Numbered from the stretch's first letter, positions 18,112 to 29,300 are shown. The stretch is DNA of 35,540 nucleotides from a virus (IMGVR_UViG_3300031758_000261:1-35540); one strand, 5' to 3'. Numbers and translations: made by a program. Notes: generated by a model from the letters alone, not told the origin.

Positions 18112-19323
18112 GGCGAATTGTATGTCTCAACAGGATCCGTGAACTTTGTAGGATCTAGTTTCACAACTGTAGCCTCTATAAAAGCAGGGGGTGAGACAGG
18201 TGTCAATGCTGCTATCCCATCTGGCCAAGTATTTATAGATACTGTTGGTACAACACCAGGCAGCACATTGCGAGGTTCTTTCAGTATAGGTAGAGCCAAT
18301 AGAGCTTTAGGAACTGCTTCTTTAGCTGTTGGTCTACAAAATACAGCTTCAGGTAATTATTCATTAGCTCAAGGTATAAATACTAAAGCTTTAGGTGCTA
18401 ATTCTCACGCTGAAGGTAATTTTACATTAGCAACTAATACAGGTGCTCACGCTGAAGGAAACTACACTACAGCCTCAGGTTATGCTTCACACGCTGAAGG
18501 TAGTAATACTGTTGCTTCAGGAACAAATTCTCATGCTGAAGGAAGTAATACAATAGCTTCTAATGTTAATGCTCACGCTGAAGGTAATTATACAATAGCA
18601 TTTGGTTATGCTTCACATGCCGAAGGTGACCAAACATTAGCAGGTGGTGAATGGTCACATGCTGAAGGTCAAGCCACTACAGCTTCAGGTAATTATTCTC
18701 ATGCTGAAGGTACTACTACTAAAGCTTTAGGTCAATCTTCTCATGCTGAAGGTAATGGAGCAGTAGCTTCAGGTAATTATTCTCATGCTGAAGGAAATAG
18801 TTTAGCTTCAGGTAATGCTTCTCATGCTGAAGGTCAATTCACTACAGCTTCAGGTTATTTTGCTCACTCAGAAGGTTATTATACCCTAGCTTCAGGCCAA
18901 TACTCTCACGCTGAAGGTCAAGCCACTACAGCTTCAGGTACTAATTCTCACGCTGAAGGTCAATTAACTATAGCTTCAGGTCCATATTCTCACGCTGAAG
19001 GATATGCTACTAAAGCTTTAGGTCAATCTTCTCATGCTGAAGGAAATGCTACTATAGCATCAGGGTCATTCCAAACTGTAGTAGGTCAATATAATGCTCA
19101 TAATAACACTACTTCAGTATTTGTTGTAGGAGCTGGAACTGGTGATGGAGCTAGAAAAGACGGATTCTCAGTAGAATTAGATGGCGGAGTTGCCCATATT
19201 GTCCTACCAACAAATACTTTCAACCCATCTAATCCAAAAACAGGATCTATGTACTTCAATCTAAGTACAAATATGATAAATATTTATAATGGTACAACTT
19301 GGAGAACAGCTTCATTTGGTTAA
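17995..19323 (+). CDS. Fibre/adhesin with YadA-head-like 14-aa SHAEG repeats (paralog 2)
   Basis: Likely start ATG 17995 (MSRVRVNTINPFSG); 16 [SA]H[AS]EG repeats (about 42-nt DNA period, roughly 18400-19065). Confidence 0.8.
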   Translation: MSRVRVNTINPFSGQNLTFGGNAIPSGSDKTLGSENNAWGELYVSTGSVNFVGSSFTTVASIKAGGETGVNAAIPSGQVFIDTVGTTPGSTLRGSFSIGRANRALGTASLAVGLQNTASGNYSLAQGINTKALGANSHAEGNFTLATNTGAHAEGNYTTASGYASHAEGSNTVASGTNSHAEGSNTIASNVNAHAEGNYTIAFGYASHAEGDQTLAGGEWSHAEGQATTASGNYSHAEGTTTKALGQSSHAEGNGAVASGNYSHAEGNSLASGNASHAEGQFTTASGYFAHSEGYYTLASGQYSHAEGQATTASGTNSHAEGQLTIASGPYSHAEGYATKALGQSSHAEGNATIASGSFQTVVGQYNAHNNTTSVFVVGAGTGDGARKDGFSVELDGGVAHIVLPTNTFNPSNPKTGSMYFNLSTNMINIYNGTTWRTASFG

Positions 19324-19347
19324 AAATTAAAAATAAATATAACAATA

Positions 19348-19380
19348 AGAAGACCCAACTTAGGGTCTTCTGTTTTCTCT
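19348..19380 (+). terminator. Rho-independent terminator
   Basis: AGAAGACCC-AACTTA-GGGTCTTCT 9-bp stem followed by GTTTTCTCT. Confidence 0.75.
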
Positions 19381-19405
19381 TAATATTTATAAACAAACTC
19401 TATTC

Positions 19406-20569
19406 ATGGCTAATATTCCTATTTATCCTGGTAGTTCATCATTTTCTCCTGGTTTAACCCCATTTGGATTTTATGATTTTGATTTTCAATTTCAAGAAGA
19501 CGCTGATAGACTAGTCACATATTGTGCTAGAAGATTAGGATATCCTTTAACAGATATTGAATTACAGGATTTAAACTTTTACGCTGCTTTTGAAGATGCT
19601 ATCACTACTTATGGTAATGAGATATATTCATTTCAAATAAGAGATAATTATTTGTCTTTAGAAGGAGCATCTACTTTAACAAGTGTTAATGATGCTATTA
19701 TTACTCCTAATATGGGAACAATAATTAAGCTATCACAACAGTACGCTGCTGAAGCAGGAGCAGGAGGTAATATAACCTATTACAGTGGGGCATTAGCTTT
19801 AACACCAGGTAAACAAACTTACAATTTAAAAGAATGGGCTATAAGCCAAAGTATATCAGGTGGAATAGAAATTAAAACTGTATTTTATCAAGATCTACCC
19901 GCTATAAACCAAATGTATGCTCCGTTTGGAGGCTTTGCGGGATTAGGTGGTTTACCCGCAGCAGGTATCTATGGTGGCATGTATGGTGGAGGATATGGAG
20001 GTGGTTATTTAATGATGCCTGTAGCATATGATGCTGGGGTAATTCAAGGATTAGAATTAAGTAATCAAATTCGTCTATCAAACTACACATTTGAAATCAT
20101 AAATAACAACATAAAAATATTTCCTATACCAACAGATAATGATGTTAGACAAGGATTTTTATGGTTTGAATACATTAAAATAGAAGATAGATATGCTGAC
20201 AGTATTACCCAAACAGGTGGTGATAAAGTAACAAATGTATCAAATGCTCCATACGGCTACCCAGTTTACTCTCAAATAAATGCTGTTGGTAAGTCATGGA
20301 TATTTGATTACGCCTTAGCACTTTGTAAAGAAATGTTAGGGTATGTTCGAGGTAAATACGGAACTATTCCTATACCAGGCCGAGAAGTAACTTTAAACCA
20401 AGCCGACCTCTTATCAGCTGCTACAGCTGAAAAATTAGCTTTAGTTGAAAGATTAAGAGTATACTTAGATGAGACTTCTAAAAAATCATTACTTGAAAGA
20501 AGAGCTCAAGAAAGTGACTTTAGAAGACAAGAAATCAATAATGTACCAATGGTAATATACATAGGATAA
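19406..20569 (+). CDS. Neck/head-completion protein (T4 gp13-like)
   Basis: LVTYCARRLGYPL.DIEL N-terminal motif and WI.DYALALCKEMLG.VRGKY..IPIPG..VTLN...L C-terminal motif; ATATTTAT at 19383-19390. Confidence 0.75.
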   Translation: MANIPIYPGSSSFSPGLTPFGFYDFDFQFQEDADRLVTYCARRLGYPLTDIELQDLNFYAAFEDAITTYGNEIYSFQIRDNYLSLEGASTLTSVNDAIITPNMGTIIKLSQQYAAEAGAGGNITYYSGALALTPGKQTYNLKEWAISQSISGGIEIKTVFYQDLPAINQMYAPFGGFAGLGGLPAAGIYGGMYGGGYGGGYLMMPVAYDAGVIQGLELSNQIRLSNYTFEIINNNIKIFPIPTDNDVRQGFLWFEYIKIEDRYADSITQTGGDKVTNVSNAPYGYPVYSQINAVGKSWIFDYALALCKEMLGYVRGKYGTIPIPGREVTLNQADLLSAATAEKLALVERLRVYLDETSKKSLLERRAQESDFRRQEINNVPMVIYIG

Positions 20570-21078
20570 TGGCACTATTTGGAGGCAGTAGAGATGTGAG
20601 TATATTCAGGCATGTCAACCGAGAGTTGCTAGGGAATGTTATTACTCAACAATGTGCTTTATATAAATTTTCCTTAGAAGAAACTACTGTCAACATGTAT
20701 GGTGAAGCCTCTGGAGGTAAATTTTTACAAGGACCGTATCTGTTTAATTCTTTAATTACAGTTGATGACAATACATCTCCTGTAAGTGAATTAGGTGTTG
20801 ACTTTAATTGGGGTATAACAGTAGCATTTTTAAGAGATGATTTAGTAGCAGCTGATGTCCATCCTGAAGTAGGAGACATAATTCTATATCAAGAAAGCTA
20901 TTTTGAAGTAGACAATACTAATGAAACCCAATATTTTGTAGGTAAAAACCCTGACTTCCCATATGAATCTAACCCTTTAAATCCTGGGTTAGACAATTTT
21001 GGTTATAATGTAAGTGTCATCTGCTCAGCCCATTATACACCTGCAGATAAATTTAATATAATCAAACAAAGATTATGA
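20569..21078 (+). CDS. Neck/head-closure protein (T4 gp14-like)
   Basis: Coupled to the gp13-like gene (TAATG); N.YGE motif and PEVGDIILY...YFEV. Confidence 0.65.
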   Translation: MALFGGSRDVSIFRHVNRELLGNVITQQCALYKFSLEETTVNMYGEASGGKFLQGPYLFNSLITVDDNTSPVSELGVDFNWGITVAFLRDDLVAADVHPEVGDIILYQESYFEVDNTNETQYFVGKNPDFPYESNPLNPGLDNFGYNVSVICSAHYTPADKFNIIKQRL

Positions 21079-22340
21079 TAAATAAAAGAAAACCTACACC
21101 TAAAACTCAAAAAGAGATTTTATTATCTCAACAAGAGCCATACATACCACCAGCTGGTGCCCCTGGTTTTTCTCCTAGAGGAAATCCTAATGATTTTGGT
21201 AATCCTAGTAGAGCAGATCAAACTTCTTTTAGAGACGATCCAACTAAACCATACTCCATTGGTATACAAGATATAGATGAAGCAGTAATGTATTATATCC
21301 AGAATGATATTCAACCTTTTGTAATACAAAATGAAGAAAGATTACCTGTACCTTTAGTTTATGGCTCACCTGAAAAATGGAAATCATTTCAAAAAGATGG
21401 TTATTATAGAGATCTAAATGGTCGCATAATGGCTCCTTTAATGATGATTAAAAGAAACACTATTGATAAAATTAGATCTATAAATAACAAATTAGATGCT
21501 AATAATCCTCATAATGTAGCTGTTATAGGTCAGAGATACAGTAAAAAAAATGAGTATAGTAAATTTAATATTCTAAATGATATTAAACCAAACAAAACAT
21601 ACTATACTACAGTAGTTCCAGATCATTTATCTATAACTTATGATTGTGTTTTATTTACCTACTATAACGATCAGCTAGCAAAATTAATTGAAATGATGGA
21701 GTATGCCTCTGATTCATATTGGGGTAATCCTGAACGTTTCCAATTTAAAGTGAACATTAATTCATTCTCAACTGTATCTGAACTATCAGATAATGCTGAA
21801 CGTATAGTAAGAGCTACTTTTACCCTTAATTTATTTGGATATATAATACCTGATATACCTCAAAGAGATTTAAATGCTGTTCGCAAATTTTCAGAAACAA
21901 CCAAAGTAAGTTTTGGTTTAGAAACAACTAGTGGTGATCTTGAAGATTTTGTTATTAACACTCGCCAAACCTCAAAACAAGGTACAGGAATAGCAAATGT
22001 ATTTGATTCTCAAAATATTGTAAATAATACAACTATTATAGCAGGTGATATAGGAATAATATCTGAATACTTGAGTGCTAATAAACAAGTTGCAGGTACA
22101 TATGTTAATTCAACTACTATAACCTTCCCACATCAATGGTTAGTAGCTCCAACCCCACTACAACCTACAAACTCAAGCCAATTTATGTTTTTTGTAAATG
22201 GCCAACTAATAGAACCTTCAGCTATAACTTCATTTACTGAAGGATTCAATATAAGTACTTTAGTTATTAACCCTACTGCTTTAGGATTTAGTTTTATCTC
22301 AACTGATGAAATAACAGGAATAGGAAAATTTAGTGTATAA
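21075..22340 (+). CDS. Tail terminator/sheath-stabiliser-like protein (T4 gp15-like) with C-terminal extension
   Basis: PVPLVYGSPEKW, P.M.I.R, VP..L.ITY and F.L.L.GYI motifs; follows the neck genes. Confidence 0.55.
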   Translation: MINKRKPTPKTQKEILLSQQEPYIPPAGAPGFSPRGNPNDFGNPSRADQTSFRDDPTKPYSIGIQDIDEAVMYYIQNDIQPFVIQNEERLPVPLVYGSPEKWKSFQKDGYYRDLNGRIMAPLMMIKRNTIDKIRSINNKLDANNPHNVAVIGQRYSKKNEYSKFNILNDIKPNKTYYTTVVPDHLSITYDCVLFTYYNDQLAKLIEMMEYASDSYWGNPERFQFKVNINSFSTVSELSDNAERIVRATFTLNLFGYIIPDIPQRDLNAVRKFSETTKVSFGLETTSGDLEDFVINTRQTSKQGTGIANVFDSQNIVNNTTIIAGDIGIISEYLSANKQVAGTYVNSTTITFPHQWLVAPTPLQPTNSSQFMFFVNGQLIEPSAITSFTEGFNISTLVINPTALGFSFISTDEITGIGKFSV

Positions 22341-22747
22341 TGAGTATAATTAGAAAAGAACAATTAGCTGGATCATTTGCTACCCTAGGTTCAAACGCCT
22401 TCATAGGTAATCAAACAATAACTGGTTCTGTTTTTTCTACAGGTAGTCTTTGGAATATAACAACTACTGAATTTCAAGTTGTTAGTAATCCTGCTTATTT
22501 TACTAATGATTTCTTTTTATTAAAGAATCAATTTAATGAATTTAAAATAGGAACTACAAACAATGATGTTGGTTTTACACTATCATCTTCTGTTGTTTCA
22601 CCATTTATAATAAATAACATAAACAAAAATATACTTACTCTTACTAATAGTGGAGCATTATATCTTACAACACAATCATCATTTCCTACCTCACCTCCAA
22701 TTGGTGGATTAGCTTTTTCAGGAAGTGATTTCTTTGTATCACTATAA
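22340..22747 (+). CDS. Short fibre-module protein
   Basis: Contains SFATLGSNAFIGNQTITGS, shared with the 26389 protein. Confidence 0.7.
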   Translation: MSIIRKEQLAGSFATLGSNAFIGNQTITGSVFSTGSLWNITTTEFQVVSNPAYFTNDFFLLKNQFNEFKIGTTNNDVGFTLSSSVVSPFIINNINKNILTLTNSGALYLTTQSSFPTSPPIGGLAFSGSDFFVSL

Positions 22748-22784
22748 TATTTATAAACAAACATTTAAAATAAAAACATAACAG

Positions 22785-23855
22785 ATGGCATCTTGGAAAA
22801 AAGTCTTAGTCTCCGGTTCAGCAGGTGAATTTTCTACTGTGACCGCTAGTATTGGCTTAACAGTAGGTACTAACCAAACTATTAGTACTACACAAGCAAT
22901 TTTAACAGGTTCATTTACTGGATCATTTAGAGGTGATGGATCAGGATTAACTGGAGTATCAGCAGATTTCCCAATTACTTCTACTCCTGGTTTAACAAAC
23001 ACTGATAAAATATTTGTTAATACTGGATCAAGTGGTTATATTACATACGGTGATTTATTAACAGATTTAGCAGGTACTAATTTAACAGTAGAAGGAGGTG
23101 CTACCCCAGACTCATTAACATTAGCCTCAGATATTAGCGGAATAAACAGTATTGCTGTTGCTGCTACAGTTACAGCTAATGGTAGCCCAATTGGTTTTAT
23201 TGGTAATATAACAGGTTCAAACGTTATAGGTACAGTTGAATCATCATCATATGCTTTATCTTCTTCATTTAGTACAACTGCTTCTTACGCTCTAAATGCT
23301 GGTGGAGGAATATTAAACATTTCAGGATCTGATGGCAACAATACTTCTATTAATTTAAGTACTGAAGCTTTAATTGTAAGCGGCACAGCAAATCAAATCT
23401 CAGTTACTGTTAATAATGCTAATAATTTATTAACAATTGGTTTACCAAACAATGTAACTATACCAGGAAATTTAAGTGTATCAGGTACTACAACCACAGT
23501 AAGCGCTAGTAGCCTCTTAGTAACAGATAAATTTATTGTATTATCATCAGGATCTGCTGCTAAAAATGATGGTGGTCTTATTATTCAAAGTTCAACTTCA
23601 CCTGCTAACACAGGATCAGGATATGGTTTTATTTTAGATGGAACACCTGATGCTCCTAGATGGGGTGTTACTTCATCACTTAGCCCAACAGCTACTAACG
23701 CTACTACACCTGATGAATACATGGTGACAGCTAAAACAGTTGCGGGAACATATACCGCTGGTTCAACAGCTCCAACATATGGTGGTGCTAACGCTGCTGG
23801 TAATGGTAACATGATAATTGATGGTAATGGTGATATTTGGATTTACGTATTCTAA
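22785..23855 (+). CDS. Fibre-like protein (MASWKKV family, copy 1)
   Basis: Ser/Thr/Gly-rich; GSFTGSF and ASYA motifs; ATATTTAT at 22747-22754. Confidence 0.75.
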   Translation: MASWKKVLVSGSAGEFSTVTASIGLTVGTNQTISTTQAILTGSFTGSFRGDGSGLTGVSADFPITSTPGLTNTDKIFVNTGSSGYITYGDLLTDLAGTNLTVEGGATPDSLTLASDISGINSIAVAATVTANGSPIGFIGNITGSNVIGTVESSSYALSSSFSTTASYALNAGGGILNISGSDGNNTSINLSTEALIVSGTANQISVTVNNANNLLTIGLPNNVTIPGNLSVSGTTTTVSASSLLVTDKFIVLSSGSAAKNDGGLIIQSSTSPANTGSGYGFILDGTPDAPRWGVTSSLSPTATNATTPDEYMVTAKTVAGTYTAGSTAPTYGGANAAGNGNMIIDGNGDIWIYVF

Positions 23856-23875
23856 TTAATATAAAAAAACAAGTT

Positions 23876-24055
23876 ATGAGTTTATTAGATATAATTAATA
23901 AAAATAAAGGTGAAGATACTACTAATAATTTAACTAAAGAAGAATTAGAATTTTTATTAGTATCCTTAAAGAAAACAACATTTACTGGAGAGCATCTTGA
24001 GATGCTCTTCAATATTGTTATAAAATTACAAAATCAATATCAAAAATATAATTAG
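23876..24055 (+). CDS. Small helical protein (59 aa)
   Basis: Likely start ATG 23876 after an A-rich leader; LTKEELEFLL...KLQNQY. Confidence 0.65.
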   Translation: MSLLDIINKNKGEDTTNNLTKEELEFLLVSLKKTTFTGEHLEMLFNIVIKLQNQYQKYN

Positions 24056-24067
24056 TTATACTTTTGA

Positions 24068-24124
24068 TTTTTTGTTGGCCCTAACGGGAAGTGGAATTAA
24101 TATTTAATTACCTACCACAAAAAA
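24068..24124 (+). ncRNA. Candidate cis-regulatory RNA three-way junction
   Basis: P1 TTTTTTG(T)TGG/CCACAAAAAA, P2 CCC-TAAC-GGG, P3 GGAATTAA-TAT-TTAATT(A)CC; ends 9 nt before ATG 24134. Confidence 0.5.
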
Positions 24125-24133
24125 GAACATATT

Positions 24134-25483
24134 ATGCCAAGTTGGAAAAAAGTCATTACATCAGGAAGCAATGCTGCTCTCAATTCTTTAACAGTTAGTA
24201 ATACTATAACAGGTAGTATATCTGGTAGTTTAACAGGGAATGCTACTAGAGTAACTATAAGTACAATAACTGGTACAGCAGATGTTCCTATAGTTTTAGT
24301 ATCACCACCACCTGGCGGGATTTCTTCAGACAATCTTTTGTGTGTATCAGCAACCCCTCGATTATCATTTAATCCCTTAACTAGACTAATAAACGCTACA
24401 TCATCTTGGGCTCAGTCTTCTTCATTTGTAACAGGATCTATATTCACAAATACTAATCCTGCTTTATCATCATCATATGCTTTAAGCAGTAGTAACGCCT
24501 TATCAAGTTCTAGAGCGGTAACTGCTTCATATGCTTTAACAGCAACAACAGCTGATAGTGCAACAACTGCTGGTAGTGCAACAACCGCTGATACAGCTAA
24601 TGCTATAGCTGATCCCCTTAGACAAGATTTAACTATTGATGGAACTTTTATAGTTAATAACAGTACATATGATGTTTTAAATACATCCAAAACCTTACTT
24701 TATGATTCTGCTAGCGGAGCTTCTTCCCTCAATTGGGATAGCAGACAACTCTTTTACCCAGATGGTTCCACAGTAGCTATAGATTATTCTAATACAGAGG
24801 ATTATCTTTATATTCAAAATTTTAATAATGATGGAAAAATAATTATTTCATCTAGTAATACGATAACCCTTAATGGCGGAAATGGATCAGTAAATATATA
24901 TCGTCCATATATTTTTGTTCCAACAGGTAGTTTAAAATCTGATGCTGATAATTATCTTTTAACAAATACTGTAAATGGAAATGTTGGTAGTGTTCCATTT
25001 CAATCTTTTTCAAAAATAATTGGTAAAAACACTTCTCCAACAACTATTTCTGGTACAGGCGATCAAATTTCAATTTCTTCCTCTTTAACAGCAGGTATAG
25101 TAGAAACAGGGAGTATAATCCGTGTGACTACAAGAATTATTAAAACCTCAGCTGCAGGTGCTACAACAGCATCTATTTATTATGAATCTCCTTCATCACT
25201 CCCTAACTCCATATTGTTAGGACAGTATATTATACCTACAGGTAATGTTTACGCTCAAATGCAACGTGATTTGATAGTTCAAAATAATGGTACTACTACT
25301 ATGTTTAATGCTAGCTCATCTGCTTTAACAGATGTAACTAGTTCAAATGCTGGTTTTACAGCAAGAAACATAAATTGGGGATTTTTTGGAGATGGAGGAA
25401 CACGAAATATTAGTGTTTATCTCTCTAACCTAAACTCAGGTGATAGTGGTTACGCTGCTTCTTTATTAATAGAAAAATTATAA
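24134..25483 (+). CDS. Fibre-like protein (MPSWKKV family, copy 2)
   Basis: N-terminus similar to the 22785 protein; SLNWD.R...AIDYSNT module shared with the 15596 protein. Confidence 0.75.
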   Translation: MPSWKKVITSGSNAALNSLTVSNTITGSISGSLTGNATRVTISTITGTADVPIVLVSPPPGGISSDNLLCVSATPRLSFNPLTRLINATSSWAQSSSFVTGSIFTNTNPALSSSYALSSSNALSSSRAVTASYALTATTADSATTAGSATTADTANAIADPLRQDLTIDGTFIVNNSTYDVLNTSKTLLYDSASGASSLNWDSRQLFYPDGSTVAIDYSNTEDYLYIQNFNNDGKIIISSSNTITLNGGNGSVNIYRPYIFVPTGSLKSDADNYLLTNTVNGNVGSVPFQSFSKIIGKNTSPTTISGTGDQISISSSLTAGIVETGSIIRVTTRIIKTSAAGATTASIYYESPSSLPNSILLGQYIIPTGNVYAQMQRDLIVQNNGTTTMFNASSSALTDVTSSNAGFTARNINWGFFGDGGTRNISVYLSNLNSGDSGYAASLLIEKL

Positions 25484-25486
25484 TTA

Positions 25487-25810
25487 ATGCAACAAAGAGT
25501 ACCATTTAAATGGGGTAATGCTAATTTTGCTTGGGAAACAAATCCTTTTCCAAATCAAAGTAAAAACCCATTCACTTGGGATGATTGTGCTTTGATAATT
25601 GAAGTAGTAGAATCTTTATTAGGAGGTAAATCTTCTGAAGACATATGGAAAGATAAACAGAAAAAGAAACGATTTATAAAATTGCTTTGCAAAATTGAAG
25701 GCAAAGAATATAAAGAAACTAAAGAAGTAATAGATCGTAAAATACGTATATCAGACATAGCCTTAGTAGCTAAGGAAGTTCTAGGCATAAACATTAAAGT
25801 TGATTTATAA
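25487..25810 (+). CDS. Hypothetical protein
   Basis: 107-aa ORF with a Trp-rich N-terminus; coupled to the next gene (TAATG). Confidence 0.7.
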   Translation: MQQRVPFKWGNANFAWETNPFPNQSKNPFTWDDCALIIEVVESLLGGKSSEDIWKDKQKKKRFIKLLCKIEGKEYKETKEVIDRKIRISDIALVAKEVLGINIKVDL

Positions 25811-26373
25811 TGTATAAACTATTTACAGATAAACCTGAAGTATTTGAATGTAATATTAAATTAGAAGGTGCTTCATTAAAAAACAGCCAAGCTCGTTTAA
25901 TCATTGAGACAGAAGATATTAATCTTTTATTCAATGGTTCCATCACCTCAGATGGTAAGTGTACTATTCCTATTAAAAAACTAAAAGGTCTTTTAGAAAG
26001 TAATACAGAAGGTCAAATTAAGCTTGAGGTCATCGCAGAGGATACTTATTTTACTCCATGGAAATCAAGTTTTCAAGTTGAAGCATCTAAAAAATTAACT
26101 GTGGAAGTTAAATCACAAGACGCTGAACTTATAATGGAAAATGCTCCTAAAATTCAAGTTAGTGGTATTAAAGAAGAAAATATTGATCCTATAACAGAAC
26201 ATGTAATTAAGTTAGTTAGAATGTTAATTAAAGAAGACATTAATGTTAAAAACTTAACTATTAAAAAAGATAAAGTAAATAACATTGTAGCTACTTACTT
26301 ACAAGAAAATAAAATTGAACAAAACCAAGTTCAAGAAATTATAGACGGGATTGTTTCAAAACTCCCAAAATAA
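25810..26373 (+). CDS. Hypothetical protein (beta-rich N-terminus, helical C-terminus)
   Basis: 187-aa ORF; the C-terminal half has IME, IKE, ITE and LQE motifs. Confidence 0.7.
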   Translation: MYKLFTDKPEVFECNIKLEGASLKNSQARLIIETEDINLLFNGSITSDGKCTIPIKKLKGLLESNTEGQIKLEVIAEDTYFTPWKSSFQVEASKKLTVEVKSQDAELIMENAPKIQVSGIKEENIDPITEHVIKLVRMLIKEDINVKNLTIKKDKVNNIVATYLQENKIEQNQVQEIIDGIVSKLPK

Positions 26374-26388
26374 AAAATTTAATAAGTT

Positions 26389-29300
26389 ATGGCTGGACCC
26401 TTTGACTTAACAGGTCAAAATATAGAGAATACATACCAACGAGTTTTACAAACACCAGATGGTGCTACTTTCTATGATGGTACAGGTTCTTTAGTCACAT
26501 TACCTAGTGCTGATGTCTCTGGATTAGTAACTACTTCAAGTTTTAATGCATTTACTGCTAGTATAAACACATTTACATCATCCTATAATACAGGATCGTT
26601 TAGTGGAAGTTTTACTGGTAGTCTCAATGGTACTGCGTCTTATTACCAAGAAACAGATCCTGTCTTTGTAGCAAAATCTGCTTCATTAGCAACAACTGGT
26701 TCAAATATCTTTATAGGTAATCAAACTGTAACAGGTAGTTTATTTACAACTGGTTCTAATACATTAGTTGGAAACACCATACTATCAGGAACTTTACAAA
26801 TACAAGGTGAATATCCTCCATCAGCTGGATCCGCATCTGTTTCTGTTGTAGGTAATGTAGACTTAAATGGATTTTTAAGATTTGATCCTGTTACTTCTAA
26901 TATAGATAATTCTATATCTGCCTCATATATCTATGTTTCTGGTTCTACACAAGACTTATATTTTAGTCAAAATGGAGCAGGGTATTCAAATGTAACACGT
27001 TTACGCTGGTTAGAAGGTAATTTATACACTGGGTTATTACATGGTGGAGCATTATCTCAAGTAAATTCAAACATATATAGAGTAGCAAGTGGAAGTGGTA
27101 TAATTGTTAATCTAAACGCATCATTAAATGATGATCCTTACCCTACAATACAATTTTTAGAATGGGGTAATTTAACTAAGACTATTGATGCTTTAAGTGC
27201 TTCTTTTGATCAACAATTTATAGCAATAAGTTCAAGCAACCAGATACATGCTCAAGGTACTCCATATTTTAATGGAGAAGTAGATACATACATACCAATA
27301 GGTATTGTTTTACATCAAAATCGTTCAACAATAAATGGTGTAAAAACTCAACCATCATTAGCATATGGTTGGAAACAAAGATCAAATGTATTCATATCTG
27401 CTTTTGGTCCTCTAAAACTATCAGGTCACGCTTTATTAACAAGTTCATCTCGTGGATTAACAGTTGGAAGTGGAACATCATTTGCTGATGGAGCCAATTA
27501 CCCAACAGACCCAGAAAATCCATCTTATGTAACTGACCCAGGAACAAATGTATCTAAAATATTCAGATATAGACAATCAGGATCTAATTGGGTATATGAT
27601 ACAAATGGTGGAATTGGATATACTGTAATAAATCCAACTCAATATTCACTTAACGGTACTTTAACAAGTGTAGCTAATAATAGCTGGTCAATTCAAAGAG
27701 TATTTTGGTATCCAAACTCAGTATCTAAAGCCATAGTAGTTTATTATGGTAATGCAGTATATTCAACTGAATCAGAGGCTATCGCTAATATAAACATTGA
27801 AACATTTACTGAAGCACCTAACACAGCAGCAAATGCTATTTATTTAGGGGCTATAGTAATTAAAGGAGATGGTACATTTGCAGTAGCTGCTGATTTTACT
27901 ATATTACCTGGAGGTTTATTTAGAGGTGTAGGTGGTGGTGGAGGTGGTGGTGGTGGGGGTACAACAACTCCTGGTGGTTCAAATACTCAAATCCAATACA
28001 ATAATAATGGAGTTTTTGGGGGAGTACCTAACTTAACTTGGGACGGAACAACTCTACATGCAACTGGATCTTTCACAGGCTCATTTACAGGTTCTTTATT
28101 AGGAACAGCTTCATATGCTACTACAGCTTCATACGCTTTAAATGGTGGAGTAACCCGATTACTAGCAGGACCAAACATTACCTTATCACCTACAAATGGT
28201 TTAGGACAAGTAACTATCACCTCAACAGGTGGTGGAGGAGTATATGGTAATACAGCAACAGGTTCTTATGGTAGTTTTTATGATACAACTACACAAACAA
28301 ATCCTGTAGCTAATGTTCTTCACTCAATGTCTATTAATACAACAGACATTTCAAATGGAGTATCTATCTCAGGCTCAACTAATCCTTTTAACACATATAT
28401 TAAAACTGAAAACATTGGTGTTTATGACATACAATTCTCAGCTCAACTTGAAAAAACTAGTACAGGAAATACAAGTATAGCATATATTTGGTTAAGAAAA
28501 AATGGAGTTGATTTAGCAGAAACAAATACAATAGTTGAACTATCTCAAAATGGTAAAGGTGTAGCAGCATGGAATTGGTTTGTTAATTCTGCCGCTAACG
28601 ATTATTACCAGATAATGTGGGCAGCAGATAGAACAGATGTTCAATTAGCAGCTACAACACCTGCTTTAGGCCCTGCTGTTCCTTCATTAATTGTAACTGT
28701 GAACAGAGTAGATCAATTTTTAAGCAATACAGGATCATTTACTGGATCATTTACCGGATCATTACTTGGAACAGCATCTACTGCTTCGTATTACCAAGAA
28801 ACAGATCCTGTATTTACATCTAAATCTGCTAGTTTAGCTACTACAGGTTCAAATAATTTTATAGGTAATCAAACTATAACAGGCTCTCTTATTCACGGAT
28901 TAGCGGGGAATATAGCAACAGGAGAATATTCACACGCTGAAGGAAGTATTACTAAAGCAATAGGAGACTACTCACACACCGAAGGAGATAATACCCAAGC
29001 AAAAGGAAATTATTCACACGCTGAAGGTCAAGAAACAATTACACTTGCTTCAGCGGAGTATTCTCACGCAGAGGGATATGGAACAATAGCATCGGCTAAA
29101 TGGCAACACATACAAGGCCAATGGAATGCTACGTCATCAGTTGAATCAGCTTTTATTGTAGGTAACGGATCCGATAACGATAATAGAAGCAATCTTATAC
29201 ATGCTGCAGGAAATGAAGTACAGATATCTGGTAGTTTACTAGCTACTTCTTTTACAGGATCATTACTTGGAACAGCTAGTTGGGCTGAAAGTGCTTCTCA

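Noticed and set aside
18400-19065. Periodic TCTCA(C/T)GCTGAAGG repeats resembling a CRISPR array
   Set aside because: They are in-frame, about 42-nt-period coding repeats (SHAEG) with wobble-position variation; no cas genes or leader.
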